DNA from: Eledone cirrhosa
Lineage: Eukaryota
Reading direction: 5' to 3'
Length of the DNA stretch: 64,000 nucleotides
Assembly: GCA_964016885.1 (NCBI GenBank)
Contig: OZ024761.1
Coordinates: 30,752,001 to 30,816,000 of the forward strand
A program made the position numbers and the translations under genes. Positions 23,501 to 55,708 of the stretch are shown piece by piece (position 1 is the stretch's first letter; the number at the start of each line of letters is the position of its first letter). The notes under the pieces are model-generated. The model ran no database searches. It saw nothing but the letters and a program-made list of their open reading frames with translations, and was not told the origin of the DNA.

Positions 23501-26500
23501 TGTATAATGAAATAAATATGGTTTTATAAATATAGTTTCCATTTATTAATATATATTTTCTCTCTTGCACTCTACAACTTCATTCCTCTTACAGACTATC
23601 CATGCTTTTGCTGTTCATGTATATTAACACATCATACAACATACTTGTTTCATTTCTCTCCACAAAATAGTTATTGTTTTTGTGTGTGATGTATGGTGTG
23701 TGTGTGATGTATAGTGTGTGTGTGTGTGATGTATGGTGTGAGTGTGTGTGTGTGATGTATGGTGTGTGTGTGATGTATGGTGTGGGTGTGTGTGATGTAT
23801 GGTGTGGGTGTGTGGGTGATGTATGGTGTGTGTGTGATGTATGGTGTGGGTGTGTGTATCTGTGTGATGTATGGTGTAGGTGTCTGTGTGTGTGTGTGAT
23901 GTATGGTGTGTGTGTGATGTATGGTGTGTGTGTGATGTATGGTGTGGGTGTGTGTGTCTGTGTGATGTATGGTGTGTGTGTGTGTGAGTGTGTGATGTAT
24001 GGTATGGGTGTGTGTGTGATGTATGGTGTGAGTGTGTGTGTGTGTGATGCATGGTGTGTGTGTGATGTATGGTGTGTGTGTGTGATGTATGGTGTGTGTG
24101 TGTGATGTATGGTGTGTGTGTGTGTGATGTATGGTGTTTGTGTGATGTATGGTGTGAGTGTGTGTGTGTGATGTATGGTGTGTGTGTGATGTATGGTGTG
24201 TGTGTGTGTGATGTATGATGTGTGTGTGTGTGTTTGCATCATGTCTCATATACAGTTCTCATTCCTGACATTCCTTCATTATTCAATGAATTCTACATGC
24301 ACTTTTGGCTACACTTTCTGATGAGTTGTAGCACACCTGAGCACTGTCCACAATCTTCTTCTTCTTCTTCTTCTTCTTCTTCTTCTTCTTCTTCTTCTTC
24401 TTCTTCTTCTTCTTCTTCTTCTTCTTCTTCTTCTTCACCACTCACTTCTTGCTGAGAGGGTCATAGGGGGCGGAGTCCTCAAACACACCTCCCAGTGGGT
24501 CCTGTCAGAAGCAACCATTTCCAAATTTCCAACTGATCTGGCTGGATCCCCAAGTGTGACCAGCCAAGCTCATGGATGTTGTCCAACTATCTTGCTCGGG
24601 GTCTACCCCTGGGTCTCCTGTCAGTTGGTTTTGCCCATAAAATCTGTCCAGCGATTCTTCCAGTGACATTCTAACCACATGCCCATAGTATCAGAGCTGT
24701 GATCTCTCAATTCACAGAAGTAGGGCTCTACCTGGAGTGACTCTCTGATCTCCAAGTTATAACATTTACTATTTAACCCTTTAGCATTCACATTACTCAA
24801 TATATATTATTATATTTTTGTGGTAAAGGCTTTATTTTACATAATTATCGCACATGATATGGAATCCATGAGAGTTTGATATTATTTATTTTGAGAACAA
24901 TACCTTAACATCAGTATGAGTGGCCAGTTATGGCTGGTTTGAACAGAAAGAGGTGAAAGAATTCTGGCTGGATATGGCCGTTTTAAATGCTAAAGGATTA
25001 AAACGAAATTAGATACTGTCATAAAATCATAACTATTGGCAGTATCGGACGTCATGCTTTGGCGCATAGAGTTACGGCCCTTTCCATTCTGAGTTCAAAT
25101 CCCGCCGAGGTCAACTTTGCCTTTCATCCTTACAGGGTCGATAAAATAAATTACCAGTAATGTACTGGGTAATTGCTGCCCTTGTGCCTAAAGTAGAAAC
25201 AATTATATTTTTGCGGTAAAGGCTTTATTTTACATAATTATCTCACATAATATTGAATCTACGAGATTTTGATGTTATTTATTTTGAAAACAATGCCTTA
25301 ACATCAGTATGAGTGGCCAGTTACGGCAGGTTTGAATAGAAAGAGGTGAGAGAATTCTGGCTGAATATGGCCGGTTTAAATGCTAAAGGGTTAAATACAA
25401 TCTCTCTTTATTTTTACAGGGTCAGATCTGGATTAAAGAAATCATAAAGTGTTTCATTACTGGATTAGCTGCCATCTATAAATTAAATTCAGTGGATTGT
25501 AATTCAATCGATCCATATATCTTGTATTTACAACAGAACTGTTTCTTAGATAATGATTTCTGCGAAGTCGGATGGATTAACCGTTTTGAATTGTGGCATT
25601 TATTTAAACAACCACAGATAAAACCCCTAGGAGCTCATTACAAAGTGTAAGTAACCTGTATCAATGGTTGGTGGTGGTGGTGGTGGTGGTGGTGGTGGTT
25701 GGATGGTAGTGTTGGTGGTGGTGGTTGGTAGTGTTGGTGGTGGTGGTGGTGGTGGTGGCTGGTTGGTAGTGATGGTGTTGATGGTGGTGGTGTTGGTGGT
25801 GGTTGGTTGGTAGTGATGGTGGAGGTGGTGGTGGTGGTTGGTAGTGATGGTGTTGATGGTGGTGGTGTTGGTGGTGGTTGGTTGGTAGTGATGGTAGAGG
25901 TGGTGGTGTTGGTTGGTTGGTAGTGTTGGTGGTGGTGGTGGTGGTGGTGTTGGTGGTGGTTGGTTGGTAGTGATGGTGGAGGTGGTGGTTGGTAGTGATG
26001 ATGGAGGTGGTGGTTGGTTGGTAGTGTTGGTGGTGGTGGTGGTGATGGCAGTGGTGGTGGTGGTGATTGCTTGGTAGTGATGGTGGCGGTGGTGGTTGGT
26101 TGGTAGTGATGGTGGTGGTGGTGGTTGGTTGGTGGTGGTTGTGGTGGTGGTGGTGGTGGTGGTTGTTGGTTGGTAGTGATGGTGGTGGTGGTGGTAGTGG
26201 TGGTGGTTTTTGGTTGGTAATGGTAAATGGTGTTGCTGATAATGGTTGGTGGTGGGGGTGTTGGTGGTTGTTATTGTTGTTGGTGGTGGTGGTGGTGGTG
26301 GTGATGATGGTGGTGGTGGTGATGGTGTTGCTGATGGCGGTTGTTGTTGTAGTTGTTGTTGTTGATGGTGGTAATGGTGTTGGTGGTGGTGGAGGGGATG
26401 ATGCTTGTGTTTAGTTTAATAAGATACCAACATTTTTTTTTTTTTTGTTACAGATTATGGAATGCTATAGGTTCGATATCCACAAAATGTACAGCGTTGA

Positions 26501-26553
26501 ATGCCCCAGAAATTACAAAGTGGATCAATGACCAGGCAAATAAAACTGAATAG
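18796..26553 (+). CDS. Secreted Cys-rich protein, stanniocalcin-like, 196 aa. Exons: 18796-18901, 22151-22308, 25420-25646, 26454-26553
   Basis: Four GT-AG exons join in frame (591 nt). Signal peptide [18 protein letters not shown]. Mature region [23 protein letters not shown]...GYCEQAF...[12 protein letters not shown]...VDCNSI...[13 protein letters not shown]...KC has 10 Cys. The family call comes from recalled Cys spacing and was not searched. Confidence 0.8.
19009..19226. mobile_element. piggyBac-type MITE (~220 bp); other copies at 24777-24997, 48441-48660, 60255-60454; partial copies at 25205-25390, 27960-28093, 60600-60776
   Basis: TIR CCCTTTAGCATT...AATGCTAAAGGG with TTAA on both sides (cleanest at 48437-48664). 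Confidence 0.85.
19699..19979 (+). mobile_element. Foldback element enclosing a hammerhead motif (family D, 19761-19917)
   Basis: 73-bp perfect inverted arms enclose CTGAAGA(19772)-cGGcATATATATGTGTT...AACACATATATATCCta-GAAA(19895)-CGATCG-TT|AAATAATGAAC. Confidence 0.75.
20016..20455. mobile_element. Family-A foldback element: 158-bp arms (20016-20331) plus tail; hammerhead motif in each arm (+ copy 20259-20323)
   Basis: Centre ggatagctatcc|ggatagctatcc; TTGATGA-AAGCACACCA..TGGTGTCCTT-GAAATATGTATA|ATGAAATA; flanked by (TA)n. Confidence 0.8.
20995..22110. repeat. 40-bp minisatellite, ~28 units, in intron 1 of the Cys-rich gene
   Basis: Unit tgtgtatctaggtatctagtactccaggctagctctacaa. Confidence 0.95.
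23088..23552. mobile_element. Family-A foldback element: 220-bp perfect arms, 25-bp spacer; hammerhead motifs at 23450-23514(+) and 23126-23190(-)
   Basis: TATTTTGT-CTGATGA-AGGCATACCA[10]TGGTATCCCT-GAAA-TATGTA-TA|ATGAAATA. Confidence 0.85.
23681..24232. repeat. Compound repeat [GATGTATG(GT)n]m
   Basis: Direct inspection. Confidence 0.9.
25038..25205 (+). mobile_element. tRNA-derived SINE family with a conserved central domain. Copies at 27710-27955, 28632-28805, 45920-46102, 46670-46860(-), 47950-48142(-), 48840-49015(-), 51860-52182, 52480-52700, 54243-54855 (three in tandem)
   Basis: tggcagtatcggtagag (A box), gagttcaaatcc (B box), and gcctttcatccttacggggtcgataaaataaagtaccag, which resembles the Deu/Nin domain (recalled, not searched). 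Confidence 0.8.
25665..26400. repeat. Degenerate (GGT)n low-complexity tract filling intron 3 of the Cys-rich gene
   Basis: Direct inspection. Confidence 0.95.
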
Positions 26554-26753
26554 ATGAAATATATAGGCTGGTATAATACATATATGGGAAGATATACTAC
26601 ATATACATATACACACATATACACACATATACACACATATACACACATATACACACATACACTCACACACACTCATATATATTCTTTGGTTAAACTTTAA
26701 TCTGTACATATAATAAATATATATATATATATATATAAATATATATATATATG

Positions 26754-26804
<51 letters not shown>

Positions 26805-27011
26805 GTAGGTCCTGGGTTGAGTTGGGGATAACCACAGTAAGTAAGGTACTCAATACATGGCAGAGTAAAATTTTTTTATTTTATAGAAGGAGCTTCTATA
26901 TATATATATGTGTATGTATGTATATATATATACATATATATATATATATAAATATATATATATAGTATATATATTGTAATACTATACACACACACGCACA
27001 CACATACACAT

Positions 27012-27095
<84 letters not shown>

Positions 27096-27103
27096 ACACA
27101 CAG

Positions 27104-27175
<72 letters not shown>

Positions 27176-29596
27176 AAATGTGTGAGATCCTTGGTACAGT
27201 TAGGTATATTTGAAAAAAAGAAAAAGCATGACTTCACTCGTAGTGCTAAAAAATTTTGATTTAATTTTATAATATTATTGGTAGATCCAGTAAGTTCTTT
27301 GTTAACTTCGGTGGGAAGAATTTTAGAAATTTTAGAAATTCCTGATTAACTTGGGTTGGAGAACTTTCTCACATTCGTCTGCCTGTGGTGATTGTCAAAC
27401 TGAGATCAGGTTGTGTTGAAATGTGTGATAAGAGAGATTTGGATGTGTCTGGGGTGTGTGGTGTGGTGTTAATGAGTGTTGATGATGATGAAGGTCCGGA
27501 GGAATTAAAGCATACATACATACACACACACAGACATATATATATACACTCAGAAAATGGTGAAGTTGCAAGATAAGGGTGTTTGAGAAGATGGTTGTCA
27601 AATCAGTTATATATATATATATATACTTACTGCAATAAAATAAAACCCAAACTTTGATAATGTCTCAGGTGTTTGATTTCTCCTCATTATTATTTCTTTA
27701 AGGTGTTTTGGCAGTATCGGTAGAGGGCTGGTTGCCATGCTTTGAAACAGAGTTACGGCCCTTTACGGTCTGAGTTCAAATCTTGCCGAGGTTGACTTTG
27801 CCTTTCATCCTTATGAAGTCAGACTGAGCATCAGACAACATGTTTTGCAACATAGAGTTATGGCCCTTTGCGGTCTGAGTTCAAATCCTGCCGAGGTTGA
27901 CTTTGCCTTTCATCTTTACGGGGGTCAAACTGAGCATCAGACAACATGCTTTGCAGCGAATCTAAGAGATTTTGATGTTATTTATTTTAAAAACAATACC
28001 TTAACATAAGTATGAGTGGCCGGTTACAGCCAGTTTGAACAGAAAGAGGTGAGAAAATCCTGGCTGGATACGGCCAGTTTCAATGCTAAAGGATTAAAAT
28101 GAAATTAGTACTGTTATAAAATCTTAACTATATATCTATAATATTATAAAGCTGAGCATCATGTGTATTATGTATGTATGTATTCTACACACCTCCCTAT
28201 AGTTTCTTAGCTTTACTCTCTGCGTCGCTCTTCCCTCTCTTTCTTGACATTTGTACATTATTCTATGTACTATACATGCACCTTCGATGAGTTGTAGTGC
28301 ACCTGAGCACTGTACAGAATAATTTCATTATTAAGAATTTGAAGTTTGAAAGCAACAACAATGCAGGTTTGGACGGAGAAAAATTAAATTGTCAGAAACA
28401 GGGCTTGTTTTTTACTCTAATTTATTCACATGTCCTGATATTTCGAGATTAATATTTCTTCTTCCGAGGAAAATAAAGGAACTATTCCAGTGTCTAATAT
28501 GGCTTGCTATACCATGCTGGCCAGAAGTGGTTTTATCATTTATTTACTCTTTTACCTTTTACCTGTTCCAGCCACCCGGCTGAGGCCATGCTGGAGCATA
28601 TTTTTTTATTTTTTTTATTACTATTACTATTTAGCAGTATCGGTAGAGGGTCGGATACCATGCTTGACGTATAGAGTTACGGCCCTTGCCATTCTGAGTT
28701 CAAATCAGGTTAACTTTGCCTTTCATCCTTACGGGGTCGATAAAATAAAGTACCAGTAATGCTCTGGGTAATTGCTGGCCTTGTGCCAAAAGTAGAAACA
28801 ATTATTATTGTTAAACATAAATTAACATACTAATTAAAGATTAGATTTTATAGACAAATAAATTAACAGAAACAATTAATGATTTAATTAGACAAAAATG
28901 TTTTTATTTATTCCAAATTATATTCATCGTATTACACATTAATTTTAATGTTTTAAATAAACATTAAAAATCTTAAGTTTAATTTTATCTTTAAAGAAAC
29001 TTATATAATTAATGAAAACACTTTCAGACATACTCAAGATCACACATATACACATAAACACATTTACACACATATACACACATATACACTTACATACACA
29101 TATACACATACATAGACTTATACACATACATATACACATACACATATACACACATTTTACCATATTTCTAGATTAATACAGAAATTAGAACTCCAGTGAA
29201 GCTCAGTACAAGCAGTTATTACTACTATAGCTGCTGGGACACCAGTTGTCTTCATTTCCTTGCTTTATTTATAATGCTAGCTTCCTGGTGGTAAGGCTGT
29301 TGGACATACAATCATAATGCTAGGGGTTTGATTCCTTGACTTGGTTATGTGTTGTGTTCTTGAGCAAAACTCTTCATTTCACCTAGCTCCAGTATACTCA
29401 GCTGAAAATAAGTACCAGCAATAGCTGGTGGTTTAACTTTGCAATGGACAGGCATCATGTGCTCTCAGTTGCTTCATGCCACCGAAAATAGGATAGGCAT
29501 TAGCCAGATGAGCCTCCAGGTTTGATATAGACTTTAGAATTTTTAGTAGAGTCTGTAATTTCTAAATTAACATGGGGAACTTTTTTCAAGCTAAGA

Positions 29597-30588
29597 GCCA
29601 CATAAAATATGGCTCATCACAGGCCACATAAAATATGGCTCATCACGGGCCACATAAAATATGGCTCATCACAGGCCACATAAAATATGGCTCATCACAG
29701 GCCACATAAAATATGGCTCATCACAGGCCACATAAAATATGGCTCATCACAGGCCACATAAAATATGGCTCATCACAGGCCACATAAAATATGGCTCATC
29801 ACAGGCCACATAAAATATGGCTCATCACAAGCCACATAAAATATGGCTCATCACAGGCCACATAAAATATGGCTCATCACAAGCCACATAAAATATGGCT
29901 CATCACAAGCCACATAAAATATGGCTCATCACAAGCCACATAAAATATGGCTCATCACAGGCCACATAAAATATGGCTCATCACAAGCCACATAAAATAT
30001 GGCTCATCACAAGCCACATAAAATATGGCTCATCACAAGCCACATAAAATATGGCTCATCACAGGCCACATAAAATATGGCTCATCACAGGCCACATAAA
30101 ATATGGCTCATCACAAGCCACATAAAATATGGCTCATCACAAGCCACATAAAATATGGCTCATCACAGGCCACATAAAATATGGCTCATCACAGGCCACA
30201 TAAAATATGGCTCATCACAAGCCACATAAAATATGGCTCATCACAAGCCACATAAAATATGGCTCATCACAGGCCACATAAAATATGGCTCATCACAGGC
30301 CACATAAAATATGGCTCATCACGGGCCACATAAAATATGGCTCATCACAGGCCACATAAAATATGGCTCATCACAGGCCACATAAAATATGGCTCATCAC
30401 AGGCCACATAAAATATGGCTCATCACGGGCCACATAAAATATGGCTCATCACAGGCCACATAAAATATGGCTCATCACAGGCCACATAAAATATGGCTCA
30501 TCACAGGCCACATAAAATATGGCTCATCACAGGCCACATAAAATATGGCTCATCACAGGCCACATAAAATATGGCTCATCACAGGCCA
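29597..30588. repeat. 26-bp minisatellite, ~38 nearly identical units, downstream of the ALP-B stop
   Basis: Unit gccacataaaatatggctcatcac(ag/aa/gg). Confidence 0.97.
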
Positions 30589-31008
30589 GAGCTTCATTTA
30601 AGCATCACAGGCCTCAGCTACATGTTGATCAAGGCTACATTACAACAGGCCACAGCCACATGTTGAACAAGGATACATTACAACAGGCCACTGCTACATG
30701 TTGAACAAGGATACATTACAACAGGCCACAGCCACATGTTAAACAAGGATACATTACAACAGGCCACAGCTACATGTTGAACATGGATACATTACAACAG
30801 GCCACAGCTACATATTGAACATGGATACATTATAACAGGCCACAGCTACATCTTAAACAAGGATACATTACAACACGCCATTGCTACCCAACAATCATGA
30901 ACACTACAACCATTCCCTCATCGTACTCATTCAAATACATATTATCACAAATTACATTGCATGGATTAAACATTTTGACTTTTCAGTGACATTTATAATG
31001 CATTGAAA

Positions 31009-50306
<19,298 letters not shown>

Positions 50307-50487
50307 GGTTACTTTTCCTTTGGAATATTTGTGCAGGAGAAATTATTCAGTGTGTGACCAAACCCAGTAGAAAAAAAAAGACAGCCAATGGAGAAAAAAT
50401 ATACACGTTTGGTTTGTGGGGTGCCTCTACAGCAAGTGGATTTAAGTGTGTAATGGAGCATATAAATGTAGATGTGTTGAAGTAAAT

Positions 50488-50525
<38 letters not shown>

Positions 50526-50749
50526 GTGGGAACTGGTACTGGTGGGTGTAGGTTGGTAATAAGAATTACCAAGATAGTTGTAGTGTACTTTATGTGAGAA
50601 CTTTCATTTCTCATTCATTTTCTCTGTGTAGAATGACTGGGAGGGAGAAATAGCTGTCTGCTGTCTGCCCGTCCCTCTGTCTATCTATCTGTCTATTAAT
50701 ATAGAAAGATATCTATCTGTCTATCTATCTATCTGTCTGTCTATCTATC

Positions 50750-50796
<47 letters not shown>

Positions 50797-51107
50797 CTAT
50801 CTATCTATCCATTGTTTGTTGAAAATATATTTTTTACTGCATGTAAAATCCCCGGCATATGTCTTTTTATTTTCCCCTTTTCTTGTGCACCCTTGTGGCA
50901 AATAAAGAAATCTATCTATTTATTTATCTATCTATCTGTATATATATCTATCTCACTGCTCTCTCTCTTTAATATATATGTGTGTATGTGCTTGTATATA
51001 TATATATGTATGTATAATGTATTATATATGTATGTATGTGTGTGTGTGTGTGTATGATGTTCCTTTCCTTCCCTGTCACACAATTGTTTTCTTCTTTCTC
51101 TCTCTCT

Positions 51108-51141
<34 letters not shown>

Positions 51142-51187
51142 TGCAGACACACGCGCACACACACATATATATATACACACGCATATA

Positions 51188-51625
<438 letters not shown>

Positions 51626-54167
51626 ATGTTTTTGTTTTCCTTCCAATACCCACCATCACCACCACCACCACCATACTCACTTCTGCAACTTGATTCCTAT
51701 GTCTTTGTAAGTGTAGTTTATATGTGTTTGTATATGTCAGGGACATTCTCTATCTTTGTTTCATTTTACATGTACTGTGGACACAAAAGGAACCTTGCTT
51801 GCATGGCTGTCTTTTTTTTTTCAACTCAAATCAGTTATTTTATTTCATTATTTTATGATCTGAGTTCAAATCCCGCCGAGGTTAACTTTGCCTTTCATCC
51901 TTACGGGGGTCGATAAAATAAAGTACCAGTAATGTACTGAGTAATTGCTGGCCTTGTGTCAAAATTAGAAACAATTATTTTATATCTAAGGGCGGTGAAT
52001 TGGCAGTATCGGTAGAGGGTCGGACGCCATGCTTTGATGCATAGAGTTACGGCCCTTGCCCTTCTGAGTTCAAATCCCGTCGAGGTTAACTTTGCCTTTC
52101 ATCCTTACGGGGTCGATAAAATAAAGTACCAGTAATGCACTGGGTAATTGCTGGCCTTGTGCCAAAAAGAAGAAATAATTATTTTATATCTTGGGTTATC
52201 CCTCTATTGAAAGTGAAGCGTCCATTTTGCTTTTTCTAACGGCTAAAATATATGCAGAGCTTTCCACACCTGCATGCTCATAGATTTCTCCACAAACTGG
52301 CGCAGTTATGCCACCAGCCCATTATTGAATTAATAGTTGATCACCTGCGATGCCTCTGGCGTTCACGACAGCAAGGTCATCTAATCAAACTGAGGAATGT
52401 CGCATGAACTGTTGCTTTCTGTGAGATAAACATGATTTTTATTGAGGCTTACTCCTCTAGATCTGACCTATATCAAAGGGAGGTTAATTAGCAGAATTGT
52501 TAGAGCATTAGACAAAAATATCTTGCAGTGTTTCTACCAGCTCTTTGTTCTGAGTTCAAATCTTTCCAAGGTCAACTTTGACTTTCATCCTTCCAGGGTC
52601 AATAAAATAAAGTACCAGTTATGTACCAGGGTCAGATTTAATCGACTTCTCCCTTCCCTTCAAATTACTGGCCTTGGGCTAAAATTAGAAGCAATTATTT
52701 TATATCTCAGTATGTTAACATTTAGTGATGAACTTAAGACAAATGATGGCAGATTTTTATTCCTGGAATGAAGGCTGCAAACTGCAGAAAGAATGCTTTC
52801 TGGTATTGGTACTGGATCTCTGCATTCTGAGTTTAAAACACACCGAGGTTAACTTTACCTGTTAACATTTTGAGGTTGATAAAAAATAGGTACCAGTCCA
52901 TAGGTCAGTTCTTCCTTTATGACACTTTTCCCACCAAACATATCAGAGAGTTTTACTTGTTGCCAGCCTGTGTGGTCAAAACTGATGTTGAAGGTGGGTT
53001 GAGTTCAGTACATAAACAAATCAAGTTTGCCGAGATGTCCTGTGTAACAGGGATTGTTAAGATTCGGGTTGTGCCAACCCCTACCTATGGTCATGGGTAA
53101 TGACTGAAAGAATACAATCGCGAATACAAACAGCCAAAATGAGTTTCCTCCAAAGGGTCTTTGGAGTAATGGTACTCAATAGAGTGCATAGTTTAGAGAT
53201 CAGAAAATCACTCAAGGTAGAGTTGCTACTTCTCCAAATTGAGAGATTACAGCTCTGATACTATGGGCATGTGGTTAGAATGTCTCAGGAAGAATTGTTG
53301 AACAGATTTTACGGGCAAAACCAACCAGCAGGAGATCCAGAGTTAAACCCCCCTGAGCAAGATGGTTGAATAACATCCATGGTCTTGCTTGGGGATCCAG
53401 CCAGATCAATTGGAGATGGTCGCTTCTGACAGGACTTCCTCGAAAGAGTATTTAAAAACTCTGCTCCCATGACTCTCCTAGGAACAAGAGGGCAAAGAAG
53501 AAGAGGTTTTGACACAGCAACAGTCTGTACTTCTAGAATGCCCAGATGTTTTATCAATTTTTAGTATTGTTGTCTCCATGTGTAGGTGGTCTCTGTGTGA
53601 ATCCAAGAAAAAATTCACAGGAAAAAATATCAAGGAGAAAAGTTGCATTTTATTCAAACAATAAAAAATGTTATTTATTTTTTTAAAAGTGAAAACCTGT
53701 ATCTAAAAGGTTATGTGAAAAATAAAAACACTAAGAATATTCAAATTTCTTTTTAAACATTTTTTTTTATTATTCCTTTTGGTGATGTTTAAGAAAGGCA
53801 ATTTTCTCTACAGAATATAGAATGTGTAGACATTTCTGGTTTGATAACTAGACGTGCATTTAGCCAACCAGAGTCGACTGGACTCTAAACTGTGGCAGAG
53901 GAATCTAACCTAGAAGATGGAGAATTCTTATAAAAAAAAAAAAAGCTTGAGTTAAATTGTTCATTGAGCTTGGGGCAAATGTTTGCACCAATTTTCTGCT
54001 ATTGGCATCCCCCTCCCACAAAAAAAAAAAGATATTGTTGCTGGTCCTATTCACATCTTCACCACTAAAAGCAAATCATCTGTCTGGGTAGTCTAATGGA
54101 TGTAAATGCTACTACCTAATTATAATAACTACTGTAATACTACTGACTATTAATATTAACTGCTGTA

Positions 54168-54213
54168 ATTATGCATAGTAGATAGCATTATGATGCTATC
54201 TACTATGCATAAT
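54168..54213. repeat. Perfect 21-bp-arm hairpin
   Basis: attatgcatagtagatagcat-tatg-atgctatctactatgcataat. Confidence 0.85.
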
Positions 54214-55367
54214 AATACTAACAGCTATAATAGTATTGCATTTGGATTGGCAGTATCGGTAGAGGGTCGGACGCCATGCTTTGACGCATAGAGTTACGGC
54301 CCTTTCCATTCTGGTTCAAATCCCGCTGAGGTTAACTTTGCCTTTCATCCTTACGGGGTCAATAAAATAAAGTACCAGTAATGCACTGAGTAATTGCTGG
54401 CCTTGTGCCAAAAGTAGAAACAATTCTTATACCAACAGTTAAAGGCAGTGGATTGGCAGAATGTGTAGAGCGTCAGACGCCATGCTTTGCAGCATAGAGT
54501 TACAGTCTGAGTTCAAATCCTGCCGAGGTTAAATTTGCCTTTCATCCTAAACCTTATTGGGTCGATAAAATAAAGTACCAGTAATGCACTGGGGTAATTG
54601 TTGGCCTTATGCCAAAAGTAGAAACAATTATTTTCCTAACAGTTATAATATTACTGCATTATAATGGCGGTGAATTGGCAATATTGGTAGAGAGTCAGAC
54701 GCCATGCTTTGCAACATAGAGTTACTGCCCTTTACAATCCGAATTCAAATCCTGCCGAGGTTAACTTTGTCTTTCATCCTTACGGGGTTGATAAAATAAA
54801 TAAGTAGTAATGCACTGGGATAATTTCTGGCCTTGTGCCAAATGTAGAAACAGTTATAATGCTTGAATTTGAAAATTAGGTAGTGACATGTGCTTACATA
54901 GAATTAGTCTGTTAGTTGGGATTTTAAAAACCTTCTGAATGGAAAAAAGGATGAGTATTGACGTACATGGGACTTGAAACCCACATCTTTGGTCTGGCAG
55001 ACCAAAGATGAGGGTTTCAACTCCTTAGCATTATATATATATATATATATATATATCTTGCAATCGAAAGGTTGTGAGTTCAATTCTCAGACCGGGTGAT
55101 ATGTTGTTTCCTTGAGCAAGACACTTTATTTCACATTGCTCCAGTTTACTCAGCTGTAGAAATGAGATGATAGGGACTGGAGTCCCTGTCATTCCACTGC
55201 AAAGTGGTCGTGAAGGTGCCACGGGAAAAAAGCACCCACCACTCACTGTAAATGAGGTTGGTGTTAGGAAGGGCATCCAGCTGTAGAAATCAAGCCAGAA
55301 TCAATGTCCGTCCCACCCTTGCAAGCAGGGAAAAGTGGACGTAAAATGATGATGATGATGATGATGA

Positions 55368-55429
<62 letters not shown>

Positions 55430-55708
55430 AATGAATAATAAAACAGGTAGACATCATAAAAAGGTAATTTATTCCGAGTGCTTACAAATGTTTCTTTGGT
55501 AGTTACACAACCTAGTCATGCTATGTGCAAATTGGTAGTAATTTATTTGCAGATACTCAATTTTCAAATGCTGGTCATCCTACCATTTCTTTCATAACTC
55601 GTTGAGTAACCCCTCCCCGTACGTCGACTCTATCTAGTGTAGTAATTAACCATTACTGCATTCAGGATAATCCTAAAAATTTCTTGCATATCCTAATATA
55701 TATATATA

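Noticed and set aside
23589-24249. Long His/Thr-rich ORFs, and the many YI/CV/poly-M ORFs in the track
   Set aside because: Translations of microsatellites with no splice or homology support
24318-24350. CTGATGAG hammerhead-like starts (also 28274, 34118, 62304, 2372)
   Set aside because: No helix II plus GAAA plus helix I pairing follows
29597-30588. CRISPR-like regular array (also 20995-22110 and 17513-18085)
   Set aside because: Head-to-tail units with no unique spacers, no cas genes, eukaryotic context
50461-50466. TATAAA as ALP-B promoter
   Set aside because: Wrong orientation for the minus-strand gene and the transcription start is unknown
51990-52085. tRNA gene
   Set aside because: A and B boxes present but no cloverleaf; it is the head of a multi-copy SINE
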